A stretch of 64,000 bases of DNA from Leeuwenhoekiella palythoae (GCA_964221315.1 CAXPYI010000003.1:226266-290265), one strand, 5' to 3'; counted from the first letter of the stretch, positions 30,808 through 41,561 are shown. Notes: generated by a model not told the origin, from the sequence alone. Program-made: numbers and translations.

Positions 30808-31434
30808 CTACAATTCAATTACTGTATCCGTTAGTGGTTTTCTTACTTTTTTTAAACTTGCGAACATATCGTCTTCAGACCTGTAACCAACTGGTAACAT
30901 TAAGACCGAACTTAGTCCATGCTTATTTAAATCTAAAGCTTTGTCCAACTCGGCAGGCATAAATCCTTCCATAGGGCAACTGTCTATGTTTTCGATAGCA
31001 CACACTGTCATTAAATTACCTAAAGCAATATAAGCTTGTCTTGTTGCCCAATTATACTTTTTATCTGACGACATATTCCTTAAGGTTGTTTTCAGCCCTT
31101 CCCTGTACGGATCTAAGATATTATCTGGAGTATTTCTCACGGCTTTTACTGTATCAAAATGTTCATCAACGTCCAAAGCATCTATTTCATTTTGAATACA
31201 TAATATTAATAAGTGAGAAGCATCTACAACCTGACGCTGCCCATAAGAAAACGTCACTAATTTTTCTCTAATTTCTTTGTCCTCTATAATAACCAGCTTT
31301 AAAGTCTGCAATCCATAAGATAAAGCCGTTAGGTTAAAAGCCTCTTTTAATGTGCTTATTTTTTTGGGAGGTAATTTTTTATCAATATCAAATTTCTTGG
31401 TGGCATAACGCCATTTCAATTTCTCAATTATCAT
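30808..31434 (-). CDS. Nitroreductase family NAD(P)H oxidoreductase
   Basis: WRYATKKFD, SYGLQ, DSCPMEGF. Confidence 0.9.
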   Translation of the reverse strand: MIIEKLKWRYATKKFDIDKKLPPKKISTLKEAFNLTALSYGLQTLKLVIIEDKEIREKLVTFSYGQRQVVDASHLLILCIQNEIDALDVDEHFDTVKAVRNTPDNILDPYREGLKTTLRNMSSDKKYNWATRQAYIALGNLMTVCAIENIDSCPMEGFMPAELDKALDLNKHGLSSVLMLPVGYRSEDDMFASLKKVRKPLTDTVIEL

Positions 31435-31530
31435 GTTTTTATTTTTTGTAAAAATACATAATTAACACTAGCTGGTTGTTTTGCCCAAACATGAAATATT
31501 TTGAATACATTTATAGGTAAATACTCGTCA

Positions 31531-32115
31531 ATGAATATTGCTATTTTAATCTTAGCAGCCGGAAGTTCTTCTAGAATGAAGACTCCTAAACAGTTATTAC
31601 GCATCGGCAACAATACCTTACTTGGTGTTACAGTTGAACATGCCTTAAAATCAAAAGCCCAAAAAGTGTTTTGTGTTTTGGGCGCTAATTCGGAAAAAAT
31701 AAAACCCTCATTAACAAAATATGATATAGAAATTATACTTAACTCAAATCATAAAAAAGGACTCAGTACAAGTATTACAAAAGGTATTGCGTGCACACTT
31801 CCATATTCATACAATGCTGTTTTAATTATGTTGGCCGACCAACCCAATGCAGATAGCAAATACATAAATGCGTTGATTGATGCTTCAGTGAAACACCCAA
31901 AGAAAATTATTGCATCAAAATACCAAGAGACTTATGGTGTGCCTGCAATTTTTCCTAGAGAATTTTACGGTGGATTGTTGCAACTTAAAGGCGATAAAGG
32001 AGCAAAAACACTTTTAAATTCTAACCTAGACAATATTACAGGTATTGAAGCAAACCCTATACTTTGTGATATAGATACACAAGAAGATTATCTTAATTAT
32101 CTAAAACAAAGGTGA
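31531..32115 (+). CDS. MocA-like molybdenum cofactor nucleotidyltransferase
   Basis: LAAGSSSRM..PKQLL, LADQP, GDKGA, DIDT; adjacent to molybdoenzyme genes. Confidence 0.85.
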   Translation: MNIAILILAAGSSSRMKTPKQLLRIGNNTLLGVTVEHALKSKAQKVFCVLGANSEKIKPSLTKYDIEIILNSNHKKGLSTSITKGIACTLPYSYNAVLIMLADQPNADSKYINALIDASVKHPKKIIASKYQETYGVPAIFPREFYGGLLQLKGDKGAKTLLNSNLDNITGIEANPILCDIDTQEDYLNYLKQR

Positions 32116-32207
32116 GGATAATTTTTAATTGTTGATTTTTAAACACTTACAACTGTAAAAATCACATAAATATTTTATAACTTTAGCTGAACTCATTTTC
32201 TAGAATT

Positions 32208-32669
32208 ATGGCAACTTTTAACTTAAAGGTAAACGGTATCAAGAAAACCGTTGACGTAGATAACGACACTCCACTGCTTTGGGTATTGAGGGACGAACTC
32301 AACTTAGTAGGCACAAAGTATGGTTGTGGTATTGCCCAATGTGGAGCATGTACTGTACATGTTGACGGTGTTGCTGTAAGAAGCTGCTCAATACCAGCTT
32401 CGAGTTTATCAGATACAGAAATAACCACCATTGAAGGATTGTCCAAAAACAAGTTACATCCTGTACAGGAAGCATGGAAAGAACTCGATGTTCCACAATG
32501 CGGTTACTGCCAAGCAGGTCAGATCATGACAGCCACTTCATTTCTAAAGCAAAATCCAAATCCAAATAATGAAGCTATTAGAAATGCCATGCATGGTAAT
32601 ATTTGCAGATGTGCCAGTTATAATAGAATTGAAAAAGCTGTGGCTTTGGCTGCAAAAAAAATGTCTTAA
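32208..32669 (+). CDS. IorA-like (2Fe-2S) small subunit
   Basis: GCGIAQCGAC, QCGYC, CRC clusters. Confidence 0.93.
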   Translation: MATFNLKVNGIKKTVDVDNDTPLLWVLRDELNLVGTKYGCGIAQCGACTVHVDGVAVRSCSIPASSLSDTEITTIEGLSKNKLHPVQEAWKELDVPQCGYCQAGQIMTATSFLKQNPNPNNEAIRNAMHGNICRCASYNRIEKAVALAAKKMS

Positions 32670-32681
32670 AGCCAAATTATT

Positions 32682-34841
32682 ATGAAAAACAAAGACAATA
32701 TAAGATTTAGTAGACGTAATTTCATAAAGACTTCTGCCCTCGCTAGTGGTGGTCTATTAATTGGCTTTAATTTCTTAACAGCTTGCAAAGAAAGTGCTCA
32801 ACCACCCGTTGACATTTCAAAATTAAATTTTAATGATTTTAATGCATTTATAAAAATTGCGGATAATGGTTATGTCACCATATTTTCACCTAATCCTGAA
32901 ATTGGTCAAGGTGTAAAGACTTCGATGCCCATGATTATTGCTGAAGAATTGGATGTGCCATGGGAACATGTCTCGGTGCAGCAAGGTGTTTTAGATACTG
33001 AAAATTACCAAAGACAAGTCGCAGGCGGCAGTCAATCCATTAGATTTGGTTGGGATGCTTTAAGGCAGACTGGTGCAACGGCAAAACAAATGCTAGTGAA
33101 CGCAGCAGCAGCAAAATGGGGTGTTGATACTACTTCATGCACGGCATCTAATGGTGTCATTAAAAACAACTCCGGAGAAACATTGGGTTACGGAGATGTT
33201 GTTAATGAAGCAGCACTTATGGAAGTCCCAGAAAATGTGACCTTAAAATCACCTAAGGACTATAAAATTATAGGTAAAGATGCCATCAATGTAGATATGG
33301 ATGCCATTATTACTGGCAAACCACTGTTCGGGTTGGATTATACCGCTGAAGGCATGAAATATGTTTCCGTGGCGCGACCACCAGCTTTTGGTCAAAAAAT
33401 AAATTCTTATGATGCTACCGAAGCTAAAACCGTAAAGGGGGTTAATGATGTTATTCAGTTTGGTGACAAAATTGCCGTTTTGGCGTCGAGCACTTGGGCC
33501 GCAATGAAAGGCAAAAAAGCCTTAAAGATCGATTGGGCCAATGATGGTGATTTAGAAAGTTCATCAGACCACAACAATGAACTCAATAAAATTTTAGATA
33601 GCAATAAGCTTGATGTTAGACGTGAAGATGGCAATGTTGAAAAGGCTTTTGCAGAAGCCGACAAGATCATTGAGCGTACTTACGAATCCCCTTTCTTACC
33701 TCACAATTGTATGGAACCCATGAACTTCTATGCCAATGTTACTGATAGCAAAGTTCATTTGGTTGGCCCAATTCAAACTCCTGCAGGTACCGCAAGGCGA
33801 ATTGCGAACCTAATTGATAGAAACGAAGAAGATATTCATTTGGAAATGACAAGGATGGGTGGTGGTTTCGGAAGGCGTCTTTATGGAGATTTTGCATTGG
33901 AAGCTGCTGAGATTTCAAATATCACAAAACGACCCGTTAAAGTTATTTTCTCACGCGAAGATGATATGGCTGCTGGTATTTATAGACCTGCAATTAAATA
34001 TAGAATTAAAGCCTCTATAAAGGATGGTGAAATTACCGGATATCATTTAAAGGAGGCCGCCATAAATTCAAATATGTATGGCTTGATTCCTAATTTCTTT
34101 CCAGCTGGTGCTATTGCAAATTATAAAGTTGAGACAGGTAACTACCAAAGCAATATTACAACTGGTGCCTGGAGAGCACCTTACACTAATTTTTTAGCCT
34201 TTGCAGAACAGAGTTTTTTTGATCAGTTAGCTGAAGAGTTAAAAATGGACCCAATACAATTACGCTTAGACCTGTTGAGCAATGTTGAAGATGGTAAAGA
34301 CCCAAGTATTGAATACTCAGCAAAACGAATGACAGACACCATTAAACTTGTTGCTGATAAAAGTCACTGGGGAAAAAACAATAATGACACTTATCAAGGT
34401 TTTGCTGCATATTATAGTCATAATACACACGTTGCAGAAGTCGTTGACATTAGCATTAAAAATGGAATACCAATGGTTGAAAAAGTGACTGTAGCTGTGG
34501 ATTGTGGTATCGTTGTCAACCCTACTGGAGCGAAAAACCAAATTGAAGGCGGTGTGATAGATGGCATAGGCCATGCAATGTATGGAGATTTCTCCTTTGA
34601 GAATGGAAAACCACAAGACGTTAACTTCAACACCTATCGATTAATAAAAATGAAAGAAACGCCAATTGTTGAAACCTATTTTGTTGAAAATGAATTATCG
34701 CCAACAGGATTGGGTGAACCTGGCCTACCACCTGCAGGTGGTGCATTAGCAAATGCCATTAAGGCTGCAACCGGACAGGTTTTGACCAAGCAACCTTTTA
34801 TTAAAGAACTGAATAAACGAAAGACGGATTTAAGTGTTTAA
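32682..34841 (+). CDS. IorB-like xanthine dehydrogenase family molybdopterin subunit, Tat-exported
   Basis: SRRNFIK Tat signal, EIGQG, MGGGFGRR, QIEGG, GLGEP. Confidence 0.92.
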   Translation: MKNKDNIRFSRRNFIKTSALASGGLLIGFNFLTACKESAQPPVDISKLNFNDFNAFIKIADNGYVTIFSPNPEIGQGVKTSMPMIIAEELDVPWEHVSVQQGVLDTENYQRQVAGGSQSIRFGWDALRQTGATAKQMLVNAAAAKWGVDTTSCTASNGVIKNNSGETLGYGDVVNEAALMEVPENVTLKSPKDYKIIGKDAINVDMDAIITGKPLFGLDYTAEGMKYVSVARPPAFGQKINSYDATEAKTVKGVNDVIQFGDKIAVLASSTWAAMKGKKALKIDWANDGDLESSSDHNNELNKILDSNKLDVRREDGNVEKAFAEADKIIERTYESPFLPHNCMEPMNFYANVTDSKVHLVGPIQTPAGTARRIANLIDRNEEDIHLEMTRMGGGFGRRLYGDFALEAAEISNITKRPVKVIFSREDDMAAGIYRPAIKYRIKASIKDGEITGYHLKEAAINSNMYGLIPNFFPAGAIANYKVETGNYQSNITTGAWRAPYTNFLAFAEQSFFDQLAEELKMDPIQLRLDLLSNVEDGKDPSIEYSAKRMTDTIKLVADKSHWGKNNNDTYQGFAAYYSHNTHVAEVVDISIKNGIPMVEKVTVAVDCGIVVNPTGAKNQIEGGVIDGIGHAMYGDFSFENGKPQDVNFNTYRLIKMKETPIVETYFVENELSPTGLGEPGLPPAGGALANAIKAATGQVLTKQPFIKELNKRKTDLSV

Positions 34842-34853
34842 TATAAGAATTTG

Positions 34854-35909
34854 TTAAACCTTAGTTGCTTTTATTAAAGAACGATAAGCTGGAAAATAAT
34901 TGTCTTTTTGCATAATATCCTCACCATAATTAGCATCAAGCTTTTGTGCAACTAAATTGTTATAGACATCCTCGTTAACGATATACTTCCAGATTTTAAA
35001 TTCTTTGAAATCCTTTGAGAAACTACTTTTAAATCTAAAGAGTGAATCTTCATTACTTCCCAAACCGCCACCTAGGTTAAAACATTTATAACCTTCTTGA
35101 GTAGATTTAATACGCATTTCGTCTAAAATTAGTTTTATTGGGTTAAGGTCAAAATGCTCCTCGCTCAGTCCAGATAAATGGTATTGTACTAAATCACCTT
35201 TTTTCATAAACATAGAAGCACCAATAATCTCCTGTGTTTCATTGTAAATACAAATTGATAATTCAGATTCGTAATCATTACTAGATAAAATTCCTCGGTA
35301 ATACTCTTCCGAAAAAAAATAGCTTTCATCGGCATCTACTCGTTCCATATTTTGATGGTATAGCTTTATAAAAGCATCCAGGTGCTCTTCTACGTTACCT
35401 TCAATTACAGTGCAAGATCTTCGTGATTTATTCAAATAGGTTTTTAAACGCCTATTGAACTTAGCTCTTTGATTTTCGATAGTATCAGTTAAATCAATAT
35501 ATACAACGTTCCCTAAAGCAGTAATTGTACCCAATCCATTTAAGATTCTTTCTTGATGCTCAATAAAAGGGTGGAGTCTAGAAAAAACGGAAACAATATT
35601 GTTATCGTTGAGAAAGCTATTAAACTCAGTTTGAAAATTATCTACATTAAATTGCTCACCTATTTGTTGCACTATGGGTCCAGCATAACCATATACAGAT
35701 GTGGCATCTTTGTAATCGGAATTGGGTATATCCCTAACGAGCAATGGAATTAACAACAATGTTTTTTCATCAGAGTACTTAACTAGTACTGGGTCTTCAT
35801 CTTCATTTTTTGAGAGATGATGATAATCGTATGTATGATAAAAATCTGAATTTGCAACCAAAGCTACCTGTTCTCTCCAAACCTTCTTATCTTTTATTGC
35901 TTCAATCAT
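34854..35909 (-). CDS. FemAB-like GNAT acyl/aminoacyl transferase
   Basis: SVYGYAGP, FSRLHP, YHLSG, FNLGGG..LFRFK. Confidence 0.78.
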   Translation of the reverse strand: MIEAIKDKKVWREQVALVANSDFYHTYDYHHLSKNEDEDPVLVKYSDEKTLLLIPLLVRDIPNSDYKDATSVYGYAGPIVQQIGEQFNVDNFQTEFNSFLNDNNIVSVFSRLHPFIEHQERILNGLGTITALGNVVYIDLTDTIENQRAKFNRRLKTYLNKSRRSCTVIEGNVEEHLDAFIKLYHQNMERVDADESYFFSEEYYRGILSSNDYESELSICIYNETQEIIGASMFMKKGDLVQYHLSGLSEEHFDLNPIKLILDEMRIKSTQEGYKCFNLGGGLGSNEDSLFRFKSSFSKDFKEFKIWKYIVNEDVYNNLVAQKLDANYGEDIMQKDNYFPAYRSLIKATKV

Positions 35910-35967
35910 TTAATAGCTAATTATTGGATTATCGTTATAAAATTATCTTTTTCGATAAATTTACACA

Positions 35968-37146
35968 CTATATTCTAAACATTGCTCCTTTAGGAGTGAT
36001 TCCCAAATAAGCCATACCAGCTTGATTCATCCAATGTGGCTGAATAATACCATGTTGCAACACGGCATGAATATCCCTATGAGCTCTTTCAATTTTATTT
36101 TCCGTGTAAAGAGAAACTGTACCTGCAGCTGCGTAAATTTCCGTTACCATATCCCTAGCTGTGGTGGCTGCCTGTACTGATGCCGACCAAACATCGGCAA
36201 GCTGCTCATCAGTATATTCGTTTCCTTTTTTGGCTTCATCCCATATTACCGAAATGGAATTGTGTAATTGACCTCTTAAAGAACTAAATAAAGTCTTGCT
36301 TTTTGCTACCACACTCTGAATTCTTTCCCTATCCCTTAGGTCTGGGTTTTTACCAGGTGTGATTTTTTCAAAACAAATTTTTATAAGATCGTCCAAAGCC
36401 GCTTTAAATATGCCCAAAGCTATAGCTGCATTTCCGGCTGAATTAAAACAGCCTATAGGCAAACGACTGTATGGGTTATCTATTGCGACTGGACTTTCAA
36501 AATCTACAGCATAAGCCTCTTTAACAAAGTGGTTACTTACTTTTACATCATGACTCCCAGTACCTCTTAGACCACCAACGCTCCATGTGTCTATAATTTC
36601 GATTGCTTCTTTTGGTATAAAAAATAGTTTCAATTTAGCGCCTGGACCAAGCGTAGACGGCAGCCCATCACCAGTTACCAAACAACGCAAAACAAACCAG
36701 TCAGACATTTCACAACCAGAAACTAAAGTCCATCGCCCATTAACATTGTAGCCTCCATCAACAATTTCCGCAACACCTTCTGGTCGAGCGGAATTGGCAT
36801 AAACATCGTTTGGGTTTTTATAAACCTCCCTCATACTTTCCTCGTCAAGATAACGACCAAAGGTACATGCTAGGTGGTTATTCCAAACACTCCAACCAAC
36901 TGCTCCTTCGCCACTACTTAGTATTTCGTAGGCTTTTAACACTTCTACTGGATCGTCTTCCCAACCTCCGAGAAATTTTGGCAAACCCATTCTAAATAAA
37001 CCAGATTCTCTAAGTTTATCAACAAGTTTAGGTGCCAACCTTCTTAAATTTTCAGTTTCGTCTCGATGCGATATTGACGTAGAATGAACCTCATTTGCTG
37101 CGTCTGACGGTGACTTAATACTTCTTTCTAAAAGTGATTTGTGCAT
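35968..37146 (-). CDS. Acyl-CoA dehydrogenase-fold flavin-dependent monooxygenase oxygenase subunit (HsaA/IacA-like)
   Basis: GRWTLVSGC, WSVGGLRGTGSHD, RAHRDIH. Confidence 0.82.
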   Translation of the reverse strand: MHKSLLERSIKSPSDAANEVHSTSISHRDETENLRRLAPKLVDKLRESGLFRMGLPKFLGGWEDDPVEVLKAYEILSSGEGAVGWSVWNNHLACTFGRYLDEESMREVYKNPNDVYANSARPEGVAEIVDGGYNVNGRWTLVSGCEMSDWFVLRCLVTGDGLPSTLGPGAKLKLFFIPKEAIEIIDTWSVGGLRGTGSHDVKVSNHFVKEAYAVDFESPVAIDNPYSRLPIGCFNSAGNAAIALGIFKAALDDLIKICFEKITPGKNPDLRDRERIQSVVAKSKTLFSSLRGQLHNSISVIWDEAKKGNEYTDEQLADVWSASVQAATTARDMVTEIYAAAGTVSLYTENKIERAHRDIHAVLQHGIIQPHWMNQAGMAYLGITPKGAMFRI

Positions 37147-37332
37147 AATGCTAATTTAATACCGATGATAGTCATATCATCAAATTCCACATAAAATAAT
37201 GAATAAATTTTTAGAAATATGACTAAACAAGAGGCATCACTAAAAATTCAGGGCTATATAAGCACCAAGGTATAATTTAATAGATTAACACTTGAAAATT
37301 AATTGATTAAATGCTAAAAAAATTGATGAAAT

Positions 37333-37365
37333 AAAAAAACCACACAAGATAACTTGGTGGTTTTT
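37333..37365 (-). terminator. Terminator after tRNA-Ser
   Basis: AAAAACCAC / GTGGTTTTT inverted repeat. Confidence 0.65.
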
Positions 37366-37387
37366 ATTTCAAAGTGCAATACTTTTG

Positions 37388-37472
37388 CGGAGAAAGAGGG
37401 ATTCGAACCCCCGGAGGTGTGACCCTCGCTGGTTTTCAAGACCAGTGCATTCGACCGCTCTGCCATTTCTCC
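37388..37472 (-). tRNA. tRNA-Ser(TGA)
   Basis: GGAGAAATGGCAGAGCGG...CTGGT-CTTGAAA-ACCAG, long variable arm, GGTTCGAATCC; CCA not encoded. Confidence 0.97.
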
Positions 37473-37483
37473 ATTAGCGGGTG

Positions 37484-37491
37484 CAAATATA
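37484..37491 (-). promoter_or_regulatory. -7 box for tRNA-Ser
   Basis: TATATTTG on minus strand. Confidence 0.7.
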
Positions 37492-37638
37492 AAACCCTTT
37501 TTTTTGTAGTCAAAGATTTTTCTTCGTTTTTATTAAATTAAACTATTGGATATAAAAAAAATTAGCATCAATAAATTTAGCATCGTATTTTCGGCATAAT
37601 ATATGATTATAAATTGTTCTTATTTCAAATCAATCTCT

Positions 37639-38418
37639 ATGAAATATTGTCTTATATTTTTTTCAGTTTTATTGAGTCTACACGGCACAGCACAAAATAA
37701 AACAATTGCCGCTGGTGAAAAATTGGTTTACACAGCGTCTTATAACATGTCTGGCTTGTTAACAGATATTGCCCAAGTTAAAATGGAAACTAGCGAAGTA
37801 AAAACTTCAAAAAGCACTCTGATGCGATTAAAATGTACAGCCACAACCTATAAAAAATGGGACAACTTTTTTAAAATTAGAGATCTTTACGAAAGCTACG
37901 TAAACCCTAAGACATTAACTCCGTATTTATATAAAAGGGATATTAGCGAAGGTGGCTACTATAAGTTTATGCAATATAAGTACAACCATAAAGCCAAATT
38001 GGTGCAAAGCTTAAAGCGCAAAAAACGAAAAGACGGTACCACTTGGGACGAAAATAAAACAGTTAAAATAAACGCTTCCACTAAAGATTTAGTAAGCACG
38101 CTATACCATATTAGAAATTTAGATATTCACAAGGCCAACCCTGGAGATTCCCAAAACTTCACAGTACTTTTTGATAATGAAGAAACCACGATAACAATTA
38201 AATATATAGGTAAAGAAACCATATCAACAAAAATTGGTAGTAAGGAATGTTATAAACTCGCCATTTCCATTAAAGGAAGTGATATATTAAAAGGCAGTAA
38301 TTCAAATTTACTATGGCTTACAGCTGACGCTAACAAGGTGCCTGTTTACGCAAAGTTTAAAATCCCTGTTGGCAGTGGAGAATTAAAAATCGTTTCGGCC
38401 ACAGGTCTAAAACATTAA
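37639..38418 (+). CDS. DUF3108 domain secreted protein
   Basis: GEKLVYTASY, KIRDLYESY, LWLTADANKVPV pattern; start set at MKYCL. Confidence 0.75.
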   Translation: MKYCLIFFSVLLSLHGTAQNKTIAAGEKLVYTASYNMSGLLTDIAQVKMETSEVKTSKSTLMRLKCTATTYKKWDNFFKIRDLYESYVNPKTLTPYLYKRDISEGGYYKFMQYKYNHKAKLVQSLKRKKRKDGTTWDENKTVKINASTKDLVSTLYHIRNLDIHKANPGDSQNFTVLFDNEETTITIKYIGKETISTKIGSKECYKLAISIKGSDILKGSNSNLLWLTADANKVPVYAKFKIPVGSGELKIVSATGLKH

Positions 38419-38421
38419 GCA

Positions 38422-38757
38422 ATGAGAAAACTATTTATAATCCTAGGCTTTATTGCAGCAATTCTTGCTGTCGTCTTGGCTGTTACACCACTTTCTAATT
38501 TAGCCATAGCACCCATTATTGTGGCCTTTGTCTGTGGATTGTCTATTCTATATATTTCAAAAAAACAGAACAAAAAAACGAAAACCATACAATACATATT
38601 TCTATTGGTAATTATCTCGTTAGGACTGACAATTTACAAGGGTGTGTTTTCGACCTCCGAAATTGGTGACACTGAACAATTGGAGCAAAGAGACGAAGAA
38701 AACCTAGAGGATTCAAAAGAGATTCTCGAAGATATAGATATTGATGAAGATTTTTAA
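38422..38757 (+). CDS. Small membrane protein, 3 TM with acidic tail
   Basis: Hydrophobic N-terminus; operonic with DUF3108 gene. Confidence 0.75.
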   Translation: MRKLFIILGFIAAILAVVLAVTPLSNLAIAPIIVAFVCGLSILYISKKQNKKTKTIQYIFLLVIISLGLTIYKGVFSTSEIGDTEQLEQRDEENLEDSKEILEDIDIDEDF

Positions 38758-38825
38758 AATTTAAATTTAAACGTCAGAATTTATTTCATGTATTTAACTT
38801 ATTTTTACGGAAATCAAATAGTTAC

Positions 38826-39857
38826 ATGAAAGTATTAGTCGCCTCAGCTCTTGTTCTTGTTGGCTCTTGTGCTACACTTAGGCATAGTGAAAAAATCCAA
38901 AATTTAAAGGAAAGTATATCCTACGACGATAAGAAAGTCGTTGAAAAATACCTAAATACCATAAATCCGGAAGAGCTCAGAACCCATGTAGAGGAAATAG
39001 CCTCAGACAAATACAAAGGCCGAATGACAGGTGAAGAAGGCCATAACCTTATTTGCGATTATATAAGGAATTACTACAAATCTTTGGGTATAAAAGCCCC
39101 TGCATCACATCCAGATTATTACCAAAAAGTCCCTAAAGAAGCGCTGACAGAAAATTTAAATGACTCTCAAAATGTCATTGCCTACATAGAAGGTTCCGAA
39201 TTTCCAGATGAATATATCTATATCGCTGCGCACTCTGATCACGAAGGGATTGTTGATGGTAAGATTTATCCAGGAGCGGATGACAACGGTTCTGGTACAG
39301 CTGCCGTATTTGAAATGGCAGAAGCGTTCAAAAAGGCCTCGGAAGAAGGCTATAGACCTAAAAGAAGTATTGTTTTTTTACATGTTACAGGCGAAGAAGT
39401 TGGCCTACATGGTTCCCGCTATTACACCAACAATCCTATTTTTCCAATTGAAAATACTGTAAGTACGTTAAATATCGACATGATTGGTCGTGTGGATGAA
39501 AGACATAAAGATGATGAAGATTATATATATATTATTGGTGCAGATCGTATAAGTACCGAATTACATTTCATCGTACAAGAAGCCAATACAAGTTTCACAA
39601 ACTTAAATTTAGATTATAAATACAACGAAGACAGCGATCCCAACAGGTACTTCTACAGATCGGATCATTATAATTTCGCCCTGAAAAACATTCCAGTAGT
39701 TTTCTTTTTCAACGGAGAGCATGAAGACTATACCAAACCCACGGATACGGCAGATAAAATCAACTATAACCTATTAACTAAACGCAGCAAGTTAATCTTT
39801 GCTACAGCTTGGTATTTGGCCAACTCACCCACTCGTTTAAACCCAGAGACCATCTAA
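38826..39857 (+). CDS. M28 family metallopeptidase lipoprotein (short paralog)
   Basis: AHSDH, GADDNGSG, GEE, NIDMIG, RSDH. Confidence 0.9.
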   Translation: MKVLVASALVLVGSCATLRHSEKIQNLKESISYDDKKVVEKYLNTINPEELRTHVEEIASDKYKGRMTGEEGHNLICDYIRNYYKSLGIKAPASHPDYYQKVPKEALTENLNDSQNVIAYIEGSEFPDEYIYIAAHSDHEGIVDGKIYPGADDNGSGTAAVFEMAEAFKKASEEGYRPKRSIVFLHVTGEEVGLHGSRYYTNNPIFPIENTVSTLNIDMIGRVDERHKDDEDYIYIIGADRISTELHFIVQEANTSFTNLNLDYKYNEDSDPNRYFYRSDHYNFALKNIPVVFFFNGEHEDYTKPTDTADKINYNLLTKRSKLIFATAWYLANSPTRLNPETI

Positions 39858-39980
39858 TGTTAAAGTTTGTTAAAAGAAATTTGACGTAAAACTCATAGCA
39901 TACCAATTTCGTAATTTTAACGAGTCTTAAATTATTACTGAATAATTTCACTAAAAAAACTAATATATAATTTTATAAAT

Positions 39981-41561
39981 ATGAAAAAGCTTTCATTGGT
40001 CTTTTGTACCATAGGATTAATTTTGAGTTGCGGTACTTCTTCCAAAGGCAAAACAACTTCAGCTCAAAACGAAACCAAGGTAGTAGATCCTGCCGATTAT
40101 GCCTCAACAATCACCACAGAGGAATTAAAAGAGATGTTGTACACCTACGCCTCAGATGAATTTGAAGGAAGAGAAACCGGAGAAAAAGGGCAAAAACTAG
40201 CCGTAGAGTATTTAAAAGAACAGTACAAAGCAATGGGCGTTGACACACCTTTAGGTGATGATGACTATTTTCAGGAAGTACCATTGGAAAAACAAAGCGT
40301 TTCGGAAGCCAAAATTTCTGTAAATGGAAAAAGCTTTAAAAGTTTTGAAGACCATATCGTCTTAAGAGCCTCAGAAAATATTAGTGTTTCACCTGAGGAA
40401 ATCGTTTTTGTTGGTTACGGTATCGATGCAGACAACTATTCAGATTATAAAAATATTGATGTAAAAGGCAAAATTGTATTAGCAAAGTCTGGTGAACCAA
40501 AAGATGCAAATGGAAATTATCTTACCTCTGGGTCCGATGAAGACACAAAATGGACCAACGGTCGACAGTCTTTATCCAGCAAAAGAGATGCTGCCATAAA
40601 TAATGGTGCAATAGGCTTAATTTACATGGACGACAACTTATTTACAAGGTATGCGCCATACTACCAAAGACAGGCTACAGCAGGAACTTCGGGTCGTTTA
40701 TCTCTAAAAAGTTCGGATGCAGACTTTTTTATGCTAATGGTTTCTGAAAACCTCGGAAAGGCACTTCACAGTGAAATTTTAGAAGATGAAACATCGAAAG
40801 CTATCGGTTCAAAACTAGAATTATCCATTCAAAATAAATCTGAAGAAATTATTTCAGAAAATGTTGTCGCCTATATCAAAGGTTCAGAAAAACCTGAAGA
40901 AATTGTTGTGATTTCTGCGCACTTAGACCATGAGGGCATTAAAAATGGTGAAGTTTACAACGGTGCTGACGATGATGGCTCTGGCACTATCGCTATTTTA
41001 GAAATTGCTGAAGCTTTTAAAGCAGCCGAAAAAGCCGGTAATGGACCTAAGCGTTCCATTTTATTTCTTCATGTTACTGGTGAAGAAAAAGGACTACTTG
41101 GTTCGAGACACTACACCGACAATGACCCTATCTTTCCACTAGAAAATACTGTTGCAGATCTTAATATAGATATGATCGGAAGAACCGACCCTAAACGCAC
41201 AGAAGGTGACAGAAACTATATTTACCTTATTGGCAGTGATAAATTAAGTACTGATCTTCACAATATTTCAGAAGAAGTAAATGCCAAATATTGTAATGTA
41301 GAATTAGATTACACCTATAATGACGAAAACGATCCAAACCGTTTTTATTACAGATCTGATCATTATAATTTTGCCAAAAATAATATTCCTGTAATATTCT
41401 ATTTCAATGGAACGCATGCAGATTATCACAAACCAACAGATACTGCGGATAAAATTGAGTACGATTTATTGGAAAATAGAACAAAACTCGTATTCCATAC
41501 TGCTTGGGAAGTAGCTAACAGACCAGATAGAATTGTTGTTGATAAAATACAAGAACAGTAA
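39981..41561 (+). CDS. M28 family metallopeptidase lipoprotein with PA-domain insertion
   Basis: AHLDH, GADDDGSG, GEE, NIDMIG, RSDH, DYH. Confidence 0.92.
   Translation: MKKLSLVFCTIGLILSCGTSSKGKTTSAQNETKVVDPADYASTITTEELKEMLYTYASDEFEGRETGEKGQKLAVEYLKEQYKAMGVDTPLGDDDYFQEVPLEKQSVSEAKISVNGKSFKSFEDHIVLRASENISVSPEEIVFVGYGIDADNYSDYKNIDVKGKIVLAKSGEPKDANGNYLTSGSDEDTKWTNGRQSLSSKRDAAINNGAIGLIYMDDNLFTRYAPYYQRQATAGTSGRLSLKSSDADFFMLMVSENLGKALHSEILEDETSKAIGSKLELSIQNKSEEIISENVVAYIKGSEKPEEIVVISAHLDHEGIKNGEVYNGADDDGSGTIAILEIAEAFKAAEKAGNGPKRSILFLHVTGEEKGLLGSRHYTDNDPIFPLENTVADLNIDMIGRTDPKRTEGDRNYIYLIGSDKLSTDLHNISEEVNAKYCNVELDYTYNDENDPNRFYYRSDHYNFAKNNIPVIFYFNGTHADYHKPTDTADKIEYDLLENRTKLVFHTAWEVANRPDRIVVDKIQEQ

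Noticed and set aside
29541-37472. Integrative island at tRNA-Ser
   Set aside because: No integrase, and no duplicated tRNA-Ser 3' end was seen
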